Below are positions 26,991 to 41,516 of a DNA stretch of 64,000 nt, piece after piece (the first letter of the stretch is position 1; every line of letters begins with the position of its first letter). The notes under the pieces were generated by a model. It saw nothing but the letters and a program-made list of their open reading frames with translations. It was not told where the DNA came from and searched no databases. The DNA is taken from assembly GCA_047495785.1 (NCBI GenBank), contig JBLDXI010000009.1, positions 620,001 to 684,000 on the forward strand. Reading direction: 5' to 3'. The translations under genes and the position numbers were made by a program. This stretch comes from Lepidodermella squamata (Eukaryota > Animalia > Gastrotricha).

Positions 26991-27815
26991 TCCTGGAGAA
27001 TTGAAACATGCGCATTTAAAACCTGATTAAAACGAACAAATACCAACTTTATGCAGTACTGGCTGTTAGAATAACGTTCAATTCAAAATGCAAACTGGAA
27101 TTTAAATAACACTTGCTCCTGATATGCGAATGCACTATACCTATGCACTACGCACTGTTGCCAGCAAGTATAATGTCGATCTTGAATTTTAATTGAGCGG
27201 AAATAGAGCGAACCTTCTGTTTATTTGTTGAATGCAGCGGGCGGTCTCGATGATAGCTACCTGAGTGTGTATGCAGAGCTGAAATAAAAAGATCATCATT
27301 ATGTCTGTTTTGAAGTCAGATTCGTGAGGTCGATCATTTTGGACAGTTAGATACTGCTTTATTGCTTTGCTCTCTTAACGATTCAACAATTATTCATGCC
27401 CGTCGTATATATTCATAATCATATTCTCACAATCATTGAAAATCATGCACAATCCGTGGAGCCGTGGAGCGGTCACCAAAAATTACCGCACCGAATGATA
27501 ACCAATTTTTTGACGACGTTCTGTGGCTCTCGCGAAAACCTATATACTTCCCTGCTTTTGATATAAACCCATCGAGTTTCAAATCGTCTTGTTCACTTTC
27601 TAACTGTTTCATTGGAAAGCTCACGATACTTGAACTTTCTCCTAACGGGACTGAATCAAGTTCACTTGTATTGCAACACAAAATTGCACAACTAAAATGA
27701 AGTTATTGCAGTGCTAAATTGAATTAAAGCCTGATCAAATAATGTCACTAGTAGTCTATTCATTAATGGCCTATAATTATTTCCACATTGCAGCTCGAGG
27801 TCGGCAGTAATCCGC

Positions 27816-28203
27816 TCACTTCTTGACGAAGTGTGCGACAAGTTCGTCGAATTCTAAGGAGCCATTGCCTGTACAAATAGAGATGGATCAAGTTAGCATT
27901 AGCTAAGATATAATCGCCATAACTTACCGTCCGCATCGAGTTGCTTGAACAAACTTTCTGCTGCCGCACGATCTGCTGCTTGTGAGCACTTGAGCAGCTT
28001 GAGCAGCTCGAAGAATTCGTCCAACTCGACCGCGTTGCTGTTATCTGTGTCGACTTGCTTGAAGGCCTTTGTTAATTCTGCAGTAAAAGCTTAAATAGGT
28101 AAAAAATGATTCCGGCATTGCTGCTTACCCTCCTTGGTGACACAGGCCTGGTATAACATGTTGCTTACAAGAAAATTTCAAAGATAATGAAAGATCTTAC
28201 CAT
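27816..28203 (-). CDS. Small (~70 aa) two-EF-hand calcium-binding protein (copy A)
   Basis: Not in ORF track. Four exons (ATG-only, 19 nt, ~150 nt, ~53 nt): MACVTKEELTKAFKQVDTDNSNAVELDEFFELLKLLKCSQAADRAAAESLFKQLDADGNGSLEFDELVAHFVKK*. Confidence 0.88.
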
Positions 28204-31200
28204 TTCTGTAAATTGAGCCGGCGACGGAGTAACTACAATTAATTAAATTAAGCTATGCAATAGAAAATGCCAAATTTTATTTAGTGGCCCGCTATAACTG
28301 GCATCTAAGAAATTAAAGTCCCAGTTGGGCGATGAAGCAATCGCTAATGATATATTGGGGCGTCATTTTATACCGGAATTTTTCGATCCTTATGGAAGTG
28401 ACAGCGAAATATGAGTACAGAAAAAGTTGCGCCGGGCAATTACGAGCGTATAAGCGAAACCGAAGAGACTGGTTGCAAGAGTTTTTTATAGAAGGCACAG
28501 CCCTTTGTGGCACAATTTCGTCATTTTATTAGCAATAACTGGATATCCTTGCTAAAGAAGAGCATTTAATGCAATTCGGTTGCATTTGAATGGGGATTTT
28601 CCGAACCGAGGTCAGCAAATCGTGGTGGTAATTTATACATTAATTTGTTTACCGGTTTTTTTTCATAGCGAAATAAAGCAACTGGCGCATTGCCAGAGAA
28701 AATCGATAGCGAAATAAGAGGTATTTAAGCTGAATTAATGATATAATTATTTCGCTACAGCGATAATATGCGAGACAGATCGGCTCACGAAAAAGTTGTC
28801 CGCGCTGGCGACAGATTAATTTCATCGGCGAAAACAATCAGTCGCCAGTGCGAGATGATGAGCGATAGTTTATGATTGGGCGAAGTGGGTTCCGCCACTA
28901 TTAATCGGCGGGGAATATTTGGTGTTCCATATTATAAGCTTTTCTCGCGCATCCCAGCACAGAGCTGCCTAATACATCGGCAGAAAAATTGCGCCCCACA
29001 AGTATCGAGTTCCATCGCCGCATGCAATTAGAACAAGGCTGCTCTGGTGCCTTGTTCCGTTAGTGATGACGTTCCCCCCTCGGACATATATGGCGCGCGA
29101 TGGCGTCAAATTGGTCGCATATTAGGCTGGTGCAAACAAAAAACTCGCGCGAGATGTGAGAAGATGCCAACCAATTACAAAATATAATGAAGGGAAGTGA
29201 GACATTTCGATATGTTGCACATATATAGCGAAGCAGTGAAGAGCACGAGCCAGCAAAAATGGAAGCTACGCTTGTTATTGGGCCGAGGCATCAAAAATTA
29301 CGATCATGGGACATTATACTGGAATCGTGCCTTTCATGCCAACAACTGAAGTATGAGGGAGCTAAATAAATAGGCTTTAATTTCGAATGCAGCGCCTTCC
29401 GGAGTGCAAAATTTCGTAGCTACGGGTCTCCTTTGGAAATCATTTCGATATCCGATCTCGCAGGCGCTGCATGAGGTTTCTTGTTTCTTTTTGTGTGATT
29501 TTTCTACTTTTGTTAGAAAAATTCTAAGCGCGGTAACTGCGAGGCTCTAAATAATTTCTATTATAGCTTGCTTTCTCGAGTGGTTTCGCTGCCGCTCTTG
29601 TGTGAAGAGGTGGGGGTGCTCGAACATTCGTAACAAAGAAAATGTTATTTTACATATAAAAGCAATAAAATTGTCGCTGTAAAGTTATAATTGTTGAAAC
29701 GCAACTACCATTTTTTAGAGTACAGCACCCAAAGAAGTTGAGCTCAATGAGCAATGTCTAGCTAACAGCTGTTATAATTCAAAAAATAGCCGATTCTACG
29801 TGTCGCTTACACGGGATATTTCAGAAAAGAATTCCAAGATGAAAGCTGGAAGCTGCAGATGCTGTAAATTTTATTTATACTTCCGCATTGGCTTTGAAGA
29901 TTATTGATGAGTCGACTCAAAAATGTCATTTTACGCTAACTTTGCGGTGCGTTTATATACCGCTATAAAATGGTAACATCTGGTCAGATGGCATTGCTGA
30001 CATCGCATGCTCTGGGCAATTTAGCGCGGCCTAACTGCCGCGGCAGTGGAATTAAGAAAGTGATGATTGCATCAATTTACCCACCTGGCATCATCATGAT
30101 ACATCTTAGCATGTTGCATTTGACGATGCTTTGACGATGAAATAGCATTTTACAGATGTCCTGTGTGTCTCGTGTCCTGACGTGAATTTGTTATCAAGCT
30201 TCCCATGTTTTATCACGCAAAAATATCTCGGACGGAGGTTTATTAAGCTTTATGAACTGCCTATTTATATCTGGTCAAATTAACTTTGATAACATTTACT
30301 CTCAATTAACAGCACGAAAAATTCTGCTTCGGAAAAAAATAACTTTTTTTAATGTCGGTTACTGACGATCGTGCTCAGTGATTATACATGAAGAAGATTA
30401 TGCAGCATATGATTGGCTTGTGAATCATAACTGAAACTAACGTGAAGCCTGGAAACTACGTTGGTACCTAGATAATGTAACTTCGATCATGGAAAATGTC
30501 CGCAAAGGGTCAAGATCTTGTGCATGCTCCAACAATTTATAGGCTTGTGCTTTTCCGTTGTGCTCGTTTGAACTGGACTGCAGATGTTTCAATTTCGAAT
30601 CTATCATTGACCAATCAGTTAAGTGCTGCCTCTATTATGTCTCGTCTGCTCCGACGCTTCAAAGTTAAAATGGTCGTTGAACTCCAATCCAATTACTCCT
30701 CAAACTTGAAACACACCGCGAAATGCTATTGGATCCCTGATCCTTCACTTTTTATTGCTATCAAGAGTTGCCAATGCTTCGCTTCAACAATAAGTATCAG
30801 CTACAAGAACAACGCAGATAGCAATTAGGTTTTATTGCTTCATCCTATTTTCTTGATTAGATTTTGCCCTATAATTGATTGCGGCTGAGAGACTTTTTAG
30901 TGACAGTGAATTGCTGACGCTGAATGCATATCTAACCGATAAACGTGGATGCGCCCAACAGGCGAAGTTATAGCTGGCAGTGAACATGTTCCAATTGAAG
31001 CCGTCCTTGCCACGTCACAAGTTGTTAGAGCAACTACTCATTCGACGCGCAACTACCTCGTTAGCTCGCCCTTGTTAATCGTAGTAGATAAGCAGCGCAG
31101 AAAGCAAGGCCTTAATATTAATAAGTTATGTTTTTGATAGGGCACATTCGAAGATTTCGATTCATCTGAGGTTTGTGCCACTTTTCAAAACATATGGAAA

Positions 31201-31344
31201 AGTAGGCTGATTTATGGACTGTCGAGACTGAACAAAACAAACAGTAAGAGAGCGATTACCCAAACAGAGATAATTACAAAGATAGCACTACAAACATCGT
31301 ATGTCAATGATTTCTAATTTTCCGGTTTCGATACGGGTGACTAC

Positions 31345-31760
31345 TCATTTCTTGAGGAAGGCAGCCTTGAGTTCAGTGAGGCTGATGCGACCATCACCTG
31401 TGATGATAAAAAACACATCAGTAGTGCTTATTTCTTCGCAATCCTAATAAGAGTGCTCACCATCGGAGTCGACCTTCTTGAATTGGGCATCAAGCTCGGC
31501 ATCGCTGGGCTTCTTTCCCTTGTGCAGATCGGTCATGAGGCCGACGAATTCTTGTTGGTCGATGACGTTGTCGCCGTTCGAGTCGGCCTTCTTGAAGAGG
31601 GCTTCCAATTCTAAAATATAAGCAAGCGCGTGATGAAGAATTTCCGATCATTAACAATGTAAGAACTTACCAGCTTCAGTGACGTTGGCCTGATGCGTTC
31701 GGGGAGATAACACAATTAATTAAAACATTGAACAGGTAAATTGTTTTGATTGCTTACCAT
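31345..31760 (-). CDS. Small (~70 aa) two-EF-hand calcium-binding protein (copy B)
   Basis: Same exon structure as copy A: MANVTEAELEALFKKADSNGDNVIDQQEFVGLMTDLHKGKKPSDAELDAQFKKVDSDGDGRISLTELKAAFLKK*. Confidence 0.9.
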
Positions 31761-32139
31761 TTCGAGGTTTTTGTTGAGGAATTGAGAAAATAAGCAAAAC
31801 TAATGCTCTAGAAATACAGTAATCGAATTTAATACAAGATGATGCTTCCGATCCGAAGTGATTTGACTGTCGAAAGAGGCATTTACCAAGATATTAACCG
31901 GGAATGAGAAACTGGAAATAGGTAGGGATATATGCGAAACCATGCGCTCAAGCTAGGCCTAATATTTCCTACAAAAAGCATCTGTTATTCAGCAATAAAT
32001 ATCACCGACTGCGGCGGGTCTCATCAGCGGGCCCATCATGGGGACTAGAAGACGAGATGGAGAGAGAGCGATGTATAAAGAGATAGGCAGAAAGGAACGA
32101 AAACAATGGTCAAACCGTAGAAAAGATCGTCGCCAAGGT

Positions 32140-32527
32140 GTATACCTTTATAATTAAGGCGGCACAAAGAGAGGAGCGTTCATACAAAGCCTGAAGTACG
32201 AACAATGAGCAAGATAGACGGGAGACGGAACGGGAGGATGAACAATGAGTGCGCGGTAGCTCTGGGGAGCGGTAGCTTGCGGAGCATGCCTTACCTGTGC
32301 CGAACTCGTTTTACAGCCTTGTCCCAGCGTTGGGCTGTTTGTTTGCCAATGCCGTCGTGTTCGCGTCAACATTTATGACAAAGAGACGGAACGAACAAGC
32401 ATCTATCTGTGCGTATTTTTCGTTCCGTCTCTCCTCTGCTGTTCAAACAGCCTTTGTCAGCTAACGGAGCCGCGCTGCGGTTTCAGCCACGTCGCCTAAG
32501 CACGCCGCCTTAATTATAAAGGTATAC
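32140..32527. mobile_element. MITE with perfect 24-bp inverted ends, probable TA target (Tc1/mariner-like)
   Basis: gtatacctttataattaaggcggc (32140-32163) is the exact reverse complement of 32504-32527; internal gagacggaacg/cgttccgtctc repeats; no ORF. Confidence 0.8.
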
Positions 32528-34828
32528 CTACTCCGAAGCAATATGATGCGCGCTTCCACCCATTGTGCGGCGTCGGTAGCCCAGCGCTGGCGCTGCATTG
32601 CCAAATGGCAAAGACGGTACGTTAGAAGCGAAACTAGTCGGCGATACTTATTGAAAAATAAGCTATATTACTCGACGTGCATGTTAGACTCATAATATTG
32701 TAACAATATCGCGCGCGGGCGAAGCGTGTACCGAGCGGTGGCTATAACCGCCGCCCGCCCGCCCGTCTGCTACACACGTATGACAGCTAAGAACCTGACG
32801 CTAGCTTGAGGAAAATAGAGACAGGGTCACTTTTTTCGCGCTGAACATCATCAGCCGCGTTTCTCTCCGGCCGCGAGCAATTTAAGACAGTGATAGAAAG
32901 CTGGAGAGAGAGCGAACGTCTTTGCGTTGAAAGGAGAGTGGGAAATTTTGCAGCGGTGAAAAACAAAGCCGAGTTTTTATTGCTGACGGAAATTCGAGGC
33001 CGCACTGGTTTTGCTTGCCTATAGCCGCTCAGGGACCTGTAATATTGGTATTATAATAAAATTATGTAATACAATCATTACTTCTATTATCATTGCCATT
33101 ATAATAACACCGATATGCGCCATTTTTTGCATTCTATAACAATAATATACAAAATTAATGTTCATATCTATATATGAGACAAAAATGTAGGGCAATGTAC
33201 CATTCTCATAATATTATTTTTTATAACGGAGCCTCGGAAATTCGCTGCTTCCGATGGGCCTGTGGATGATGCAGCCTCATTGTGTGATTGAGAGCATCGC
33301 ACCGCAGCGATTTTTGTGTGTTGAAATCGGAGCGTGTAACGCACGCCAAAGTGCGAAAAAAACTTGTTCATCTGAACGCCGCCTGGCAGTGTTTATGTGA
33401 TTGGAGGCGGGCGGCTAGGCCCATGCAGACGGGTGTTAAGCGATGAGACAAATAATCATCTGCCCGCCGCTGCTGCCGCTTCGGCCGCCGCTTAACATCG
33501 TCGGCGCCGTCGAAAAATCCACTATAGCCTATCATTATTACCCGCGCACTGCGTTGTGTGAATTTATTTTACAGCACCAGGCTGCGAACAAAACACATGT
33601 TATTGCTCGCCAGACAGCAGCCGTTTAGCCTTAAGTGCCTGTGTAGTGGCTTTTCAATCGCCTTTTCGATGGGCGATTAGCCGGAATAACAACTTTTTAC
33701 CAACTTGTTCTTATACACATCTATCGACGATGCGCCGTCTTTCAAGGCAGATTATATAATCCGGTCGGTGTTAAATGATGTTAATATTACCATGAATATT
33801 ATCTTACACGTTATTAATAATAACATCATCATTATTTTCGCGACGGCGAACAGAACCGATGATGGAGCTGCGCTTGTGCATTAATTTCCATTTTAAATGG
33901 GCAATCGCGTACAGGTCTGACATTCGCTGAAATTCGACTACTTCAAATAAACACTTGTGGTAAATAAATAATTATAATCCTGGCTGGATGAAGATGGTTC
34001 TTATATCATCATCCCGTCCCGCCGGCATCGTGGCTTCTTATTTTTATTTTCCAAGCACTTAACAATCGATTCCCATCTGCTGCTTGTTCTTCGGCATATA
34101 AAGGCATGCTATATAGCCATGATGTGAAGCAATGTTCCATTCAATAAGTATTATACTTATCGTTATTTTCGTTTGAATCAAGTGTTGGCAGGTTGTAACA
34201 ATAAATCCGAACGCGTGATAGATCGAAAATGGGTTAATTTGTTAGCTATGCGCTGGTTGAAAAGCTCATCGCACTTTTGCATCGGCGTGCAAAGCTAAAA
34301 TTTTCCACAACACAAAATAGTTTCCCGCTATTTGACGCAGTCATAATGATACAGAAGTTGAAATGACGAAAAAGATTAGTTATGCGATACCTAATATGAA
34401 GATAAAACTGAAGTGATGCTGAATTAGACGCGCTCGATCGATAGAGATCATCTTTGCAATGTGAATAACATACTCGCATTAGCCGCAGTCTCTCTCTTGC
34501 TCATCCTACAGCGGAGAGTGGCTAAAACTTAGCTAGATCACCTTGCAGATATCTGCGCTGTTCTGATTCTTTGCCCTTATTGAAATCAGCTATTTTCTAA
34601 CGAATTTCGCGCATATTGCATTCAGTCTATTTCAGAGGGCCTATGAGCTGTTATATATGCCACATTGTAATTGCTCTGAATATCTTGCCTATATCTAGAA
34701 TATTATTTGCTTGTTTGCTTTGAAGGTTAAACCATTCGTGAAGAGCAGTAGAATGTTTAGAATATAAGCTCTTGCCATCATTTAGCTACTAACACAATTG
34801 TCTCGCGAGTGCATGGTAAATATCCAAG

Positions 34829-37788
34829 ATGGCTTCAAACATACCTGAGCCCAAGTTGCAGGCAAGCGAGGCAGAGGAGAGCGCGGTCGCGGGCGGCCAG
34901 CAAAGGCCGAAATCTCTCGGCATGGAAACGAAGCTCATACAGATAAGCCGAAGCCTCAGTGACCGCTTAAAAGGTATTTTTATGTGACTGCATACCATAA
35001 AATTGCAGAATTAATTGCCATTTGGGATGTAAATTCAGGACCCTAGATTAATTATTCTAGGGTCCTGCATAATTATTCGAGAAAATGCCAATTTCTCACG
35101 CAACATTTTTCTTGTCATAAACTTATAAAAAAAACAATCTGGCTCTGTACTTGGACATAAGCTTTTTCATCATTTGAATTGAAAAAAATATAATGATTTC
35201 CAGAGGCGAAAAGTGAATTGGCGAAAGAGATTGCTGATGCGCAAGCCACCCAGATGTCCGAACGCAGAGGTATCGAAGTGGGGAAGGCCACGGGCCCAGC
35301 AGAAGATCTCGATGAGCAACCGGGCCCTACAGAAATGTTCATGGAGGTAGAAACAGCTGAGGAGAAAATGCGTTCAACTTACGGGGGCCTAGAGATGTTG
35401 TACAAGCATGGCGCCATTGATCCGGCAACGCCCGTTTACGTCGTTTGGCTGGCGTTCGTCACAGTAGCATTTTGCTACAACATTTGGACAATGACGCTGC
35501 GTGAAGCGTTTCCGCAGTACGCTCTCGGCCAGGCAATGACGTTTTGGTTGATTTGCGACTACATTTGCGACGCGTTTTACCTATTCGATATTTTCGTAAA
35601 AACACGTCTGCTATTCCACAATGAGGACGGCTTGATGGTGTATGACAAAGCAGCGATGCGGCGCCGGTATTTCAAGTCTACCGAGTTCAAGATGGATATT
35701 TTAGCTTTAGCGCCATTGGACATTTTCTACCTGGTGCCGCAAGTTGGTGTCAGGCCAATCTTACGCTTTTGCAGACTTGTAAAAGTTCTGACTTTTTGGG
35801 AGTTCTTCGACCGCTTCAGCAGCTTGCTTGGCTCAGGAGATGTGTTGAAAATCGTCAAAATCTTTGTTTACATCTTGTTAATGGTTCACCTTTACACGTG
35901 CTGCTATTACGTGTTTTCGGTTCAAGCCGTTGGCGTTGGCCTGGACGGTTTCACCTTTGAAGGCGAAGCTAAATGGCCGAAAGTCTACGCTAGGTGCTAC
36001 TATCTGGCTTTCAAAATAGCGACGTCGATCAATTCCGATTTGACACTCTCGTCTACGGCTGAGCGGGCATTTATGATACTTGCCTGGTTTGAATACATAT
36101 TGGTGTCGGGCGCCTATAATATGTTCAATTCCTGTTTACCTTTCAGGCTGGTTGCAACCTTCGTCGTTGTAGTGCTGCTTGCCCAGATTAGAGAAACTTT
36201 CTTTGGTAAGAAAATCGCCATTCCTTTAAGCAAGCGTTCTACTAATTCAGTACTACAGAGTTCACGCGAGAAGATGACGAGTTCGCTCGAATAGTTCACA
36301 CCGCTATGTCCTATCTGAAGCGTTATAATTGTCCACCAGAGGTATCTTCCGGCTGAAATAAATTCCTTTTGTAGTTGCCGAATCTAATTTTCAGCTCGAG
36401 AATAAGGTTCGAAGCTGGTTCATGTATACGAGATCGACTCAGAAGGTCTTGGAAATGCAAAAAGTCCTATCTTTCCTGCCTCGCCACATTCAGACGGCTC
36501 TGGCCTTGGAGATTAACTACAAAACTCTTTCAAAAGTGAGTTTTCATCATTCATCAATCATCATGAAGTACTCATCAAATTCAAAAACAGGTAACTCTTT
36601 TCGCGAATTGCGACCGAACAGTGCTGACAGATCTAGTCGTCAAATTAAAGCCCGTCTTGTACTTGCCGGGCGATTTTATTTGCAAAAAAGGTGAAATAGG
36701 CAAGGAAATGTACATCATAGTAAAGGGTCAGGTAAGTGATCTAAACCAACTGTCGTTATTTACTCAGAGCTACGTTTTTATAGGCCGAGGTAGTCAGCGC
36801 AGAAGGGAAAGTTTTCGTTACGATGAGTGCTGGCGCAGTATTCGGCGAGATCAGTCTTTTGGCTGTCGGAGGGGCCAATCGTCGAACAGCAAACGTTCGC
36901 TCAAAAGGCTTTTCGAACCTGTTCACTCTGTCCAAAGATGATTTCGAGGAGATCATGCAGCAATATCCTCTCATTTACGCTCGACTAAAACGACGTGTAG
37001 CCGAAACTTTAGCCAAATCAAACGCGGCGCCACCTCCACCACCTCCTCCGGCAGGAGGCGGGCCAGGCGCCCCGGCGGCCGCAAATGAGGTGAGACATTA
37101 ACATTATAACATTGAAATGAACTAGACTTATATACATTATTCAACAGGCTGAAGCGAAAGGCAAAACTCCGGCTGCAATCATCGAACCACCGCTGAAGCG
37201 ACCGAAAACTCCGAAGTTGATGCAGATTCTACGCGCCGTATTGCCAAATATGCCCACCCTTCGGCGAATTTTCCGAGGTATAATTTGATTTAATTGATTT
37301 TTTTCGGAAATCACCATTTTTCTTTTAGTTCATCCGGCAACTTCGCCTATTAACGACAGATTCGATGTCCTTAGTACCAGTGAAAGCATGGATGGTGAGC
37401 TCGCGGCGTTGGAATGGAGCACGCCGAGTCCTGATAATGTAAGCTTTGTTATTCACTCAATTTTACTCGCATTCTGATTGTTCTCCAGTTTTACGTCAGG
37501 ACAGAGGCAGAGCAGCAATTTTGGGATGCGCCCGAGTCGGTGACACAAAGCCGAGCCAGCTGTCTGACAGATACGATATACCCATCGGATGATAGTGATG
37601 AAGACAAAGTTTCCAGCTCAACGGCGGACAGCAACAGCAATAGCAAGGTCAGCGGGCCATCGACAAAGAAAAAAGGCACATCAGTGAAGAGCCAGAAAGC
37701 AGCTCCGCCGGCGAGCAAAGAGAAACCTTTACAGCCAAAACCACCCAAGAAAAAGAGTTCGTCGCCTAAATCAACCGCGACATTATGA
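34829..37788 (+). CDS. Cyclic nucleotide-gated channel beta-like subunit (paralog 1)
   Basis: N-terminal [20 protein letters not shown] (CNGB-type), S1-S6 ([12 protein letters not shown]), C-linker, [57 protein letters not shown]. Confidence 0.9.
35036..35067. repeat. Perfect 12-bp hairpin in intron 1 of CNG paralog 1
   Basis: caggaccctaga-ttaattat-tctagggtcctg. Confidence 0.6.
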
Positions 37789-38747
37789 AAATATTCACGA
37801 GATTCTCTAACGCTATAAATTCCGCTGTTTTCAGCACTGCTTGACACATCTGTTGGTCGTTTTGTTTAAACTTTCGATTCGTTTGTAGAAATCGACATAA
37901 ACATTCAGACGTCGCGATTAGAATATTAGCACCACATGAAATTTGTGTGATATTGGTGTGATATTGTTTTGAATAAATACTTTTTCGCGTTGCAAAAAGT
38001 TGGTAATTATTTCTCTTCCCGAAGCTTGCGAGGGGAACGATTGGAGGAATGCCAATATGACAGGACCCTTCGCACCGATTTTCTTTCCTGTCAAGCTCTA
38101 CGAATTGCAGGTACGACTTATAAAATAAGCCCATGTGACCACAGTGGCTATCGGTTCACGAATTCTACCTATTGGAAACCACCCGCCCATTTGGAATGCT
38201 GCGAGTGGAGAGGGAAATAAACTTCATTTTTTATGTGTTTTTATGACACCTTTCAGCCTGAATACTTTTTGTATATTACCTAAATCAATGTTTCTGAACT
38301 CTGTGTAGGACTGAAAAGTATTACGAAAAATTATCGGCTTTGCTCATACTGACGAAGAGGATTTTATAAGATAGAATTTCACAGCTGGATACTTCAAGTC
38401 AAATTAAGAAGAAGCCATATCAGCTTTCGCTAAATTCATCAAGCTGCATATATAGGTATAATATATGAAGCTTCGCGTTTAGAGAGAGGTGCTGTTTATG
38501 GACAGATAATAACTAATAATAATAGGATTTCATTAGTTCTCCAGCTGCGCTTATATATTGTGTGCAAACAGATTTTCCGGAGGAACCTAATGCATAGCTT
38601 TCACTTGGGAAGTAATACTTTGCCCAGTTTTTCTTTGATTAGTGTTTTTTATAAATGTATTCGAGCTACAGCTAAAATTAAGATTTCCTCTGCTTCTCCG
38701 AGCTTTACGATGGAATCTCGCCGAATCTAAAACTGTAGAAACGGATA

Positions 38748-41516
38748 ATGGACCGAGTATCCGGTTTTTCCGGTGAAAATATCATGACGATCTCAGGGGA
38801 CATCGAACTTCCTCGGCCTGCAACGTCGTCAGTTGTTGCAGACAAACTGGTGCAGTTGAGCAAAGCTTTCGAAACACGCACTCAAGGTTTAATAGCACAA
38901 ACATTATCTTAATTTTTTGCAAATCAACCTTTAAATTTCAGCCGTGAAAGCGGAGTTAATTAATGGCATCCATGGCAGGGCTCCAAATCACGACACCGCG
39001 CTGCCGAGTATGGGTGACAGTGATGATGAAGACAAGGCAAAAACTGGCGATATTTTCAAATCTGTTTCGCGGGCTTTGGCGTCTGCTACTCCCCATCAGC
39101 AAACCGTCAACGTAGCGGCGCAGCACAAGAAGATCGAGGGATCCTCGTACTTATTTGGCACATTGAAGCAGGGAGTAGTCGACAACACGACGCTCCTTTA
39201 CCGAATTTGGCTGGTCGCGTTGTCTCTTACATTTTTATACAACTTCTGGTCGATAACACTTCGAGCTTCATTTCCTCAGTATCAAGAGACCCCTCAAAAG
39301 CTTATAGGCTGGCTTATAGTGGACTACTCGTGCGACGCGCTGGTAATCCTGGACATGATTTTCGTGAAGCCCAACTTGCCTTTCTATCGTCACGGGTTGC
39401 TCACGCTGGATAAGAAACTCCTGCGTGTATCATACTTGAAATCGATTACTTTCAAAGTTGACGTGTTAAGTATGCTTCCCCTTGACTTGTTCTACTTGGC
39501 GATCGGACGCATTCAGCCGCTACTTCGGCTGCAACGCCTGTTAAGCATTCGCTATTACTTCGAAGCTTTCGATCGTTTCGACAGATATTCAGCCTATCCT
39601 GAAGTTTTCAGAATGCTCAAAACGGTCATTTACATACTCATGGTGGTTCATCTGTACACCTGCGTGTACTATTTGTTTTCCAAGTACGTCGGCATAGGGC
39701 ATGACCATTTCGTTTACGAGGGCGACCCTTGGCCAGCCTATGCTCGATGCTTTTTCGTTACCTTCAAGATGGCAACTCGAATCGGTGCTCAAGAGAAAGA
39801 ACCTCACTCTAATTCCGAGCGCGCGTTGATGGCTCTATTTTGGTGAGTAACAAGATTCTTCAAGCATCAGCTTGTTCGACTCAGTTTCTGACGAGATTCT
39901 AAACCTATTGTTTTTTCAGGCTGATCGCTCTCTTTGTTGAAATAGTCATGCTAGCTCAAGTTCGAGAAATTTTTCTGTCGGTGACGAAGGAAGAAGATGA
40001 ATTTCGAATGCTTCTTTCTACAGCCCTGGCATACGTGCGAAGGTATAAATGCCCGTTGGAGGTAAGACGCTTTTGAACATGCGCCGAGGAAAATAAATAA
40101 TGCTTTGAACTATAGATCGAGAAAAAAGTTCGCGACTGGTTCAGTTATACGCGAGAAACTCAAAGAGTGCTGGATGAGCAAGAGATTTTGAAGTTACTGC
40201 CTAAACACCTCAGATCAGATTTAGCAGTTGACATTCATTTTACTTTGCTATCGAAGGTCAGTATTATTATTCGTCTGTGTAACAATCAACTGCTATTAAT
40301 GATTGATTTAAAAAAATTTAGGTGTCCATCTTTGAGAATTGCGAGAAGTCTGTGCTGACAAATGTTCTCGTTAAACTTAAGGCTACTCTCTTCTTTCCGA
40401 ACGACATAATCTACAGGAAAGGTGAAGTCGGAAAGCAGATGTATATCATCGAACGAGGACAGGCTGAAGTGATTGGCGATTCTGGCAACATCGTTGCGAC
40501 GCTAACGGAGGGCGCCGTATTCGGCGAACGTAGCTTACTAGCGTTCGGCAACGGTACTCGGCGTCATATTACCGTGCGATCTAAGGGCTACTCAAACCTA
40601 TTCGTGCTGTCGAAGGATGACTTTCAAGAGATCATGATGCAGTATCCTCAGATATATCGGCGACTCCGAAAGAAAGCTGCGAACCTTGGCGGTCAACCTG
40701 AAGTTGGTGAGAAGGATCTTGCTGGAAGTAAAGTCGAGGTAAGTTGAGCCCATAATATATGGCAGTATCGCTCCTAGAGAGTAGAGGAAAAAATCCGCTG
40801 AAATTAAGGAATTATAATGCTCAGTTTTATTTTCATATTTCATCTTTTCAAATTTGGCTTAAAGGTAACAGAATTACCGGCTCAACCTATAGTAAACGTC
40901 ACCGACAAAGCACCTCGCCCCGACACTCCAAAAATCTTGCGGCTATTAATGAGACTATTACCAAAACGATCCGGTCTGGTAAGACGACTCATGAAAGGTA
41001 TCGTAAATAATAAACTGATGATCGGGAATATAAAATCTGCTTTATTCTGTTAGTTCATCCGATAAATGAGCGCGATTCGAATCGATCTGATAGTGACAGT
41101 TCGGACTACGACCCAGAAATTGCGGGATTGCGCTGGTCAACGCCTTCTCCGGATGAGGTATAATGATGATTTATCTTTAGCCTAACATTTGTCATCTCAC
41201 CTTATCTTTTTTTAACAATTAGTTTTACATGCATCAAGTATGGGAGCTGAAGCATTTCAAATATTCGTCGCCGCCGAAACCTGCGGCAGAAACCGAAGAA
41301 TCCTCAATATCATCCGACGTGTTTTCCGATGCACAATCCTCGCCCAAGGTCGAATTAGTTGAAAAATGCGAAAAGAAAGATGAAACAATCGATGAGCCTG
41401 TTGGCTCGGCAGCGGCTAAAAAACGGTCCGACAGCGTAATTATAAGCTCTGTAAAATCTAGCGCTGACGATCCTTCGTTGGATTTCGTGCCGCAGCATGA
41501 AGAAATCCAAAAATAG
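38748..41516 (+). CDS. Cyclic nucleotide-gated channel beta-like subunit (paralog 2)
   Basis: VVADKLVQLSKAFETRTQAVKAELI resembles the CNGB N-terminal helix; DVLSMLPLDLFY; LDEQEILKLLPKHLRSDLAVDIHF; CNBD FGERSLLAFGNGTRRHITVRSKGYSNLFVLSKDD. Confidence 0.9.

Noticed and set aside
27433-27700. Overlapping ~80-aa ORFs on both strands
   Set aside because: No motif, non-ATG starts and no supporting exon structure.
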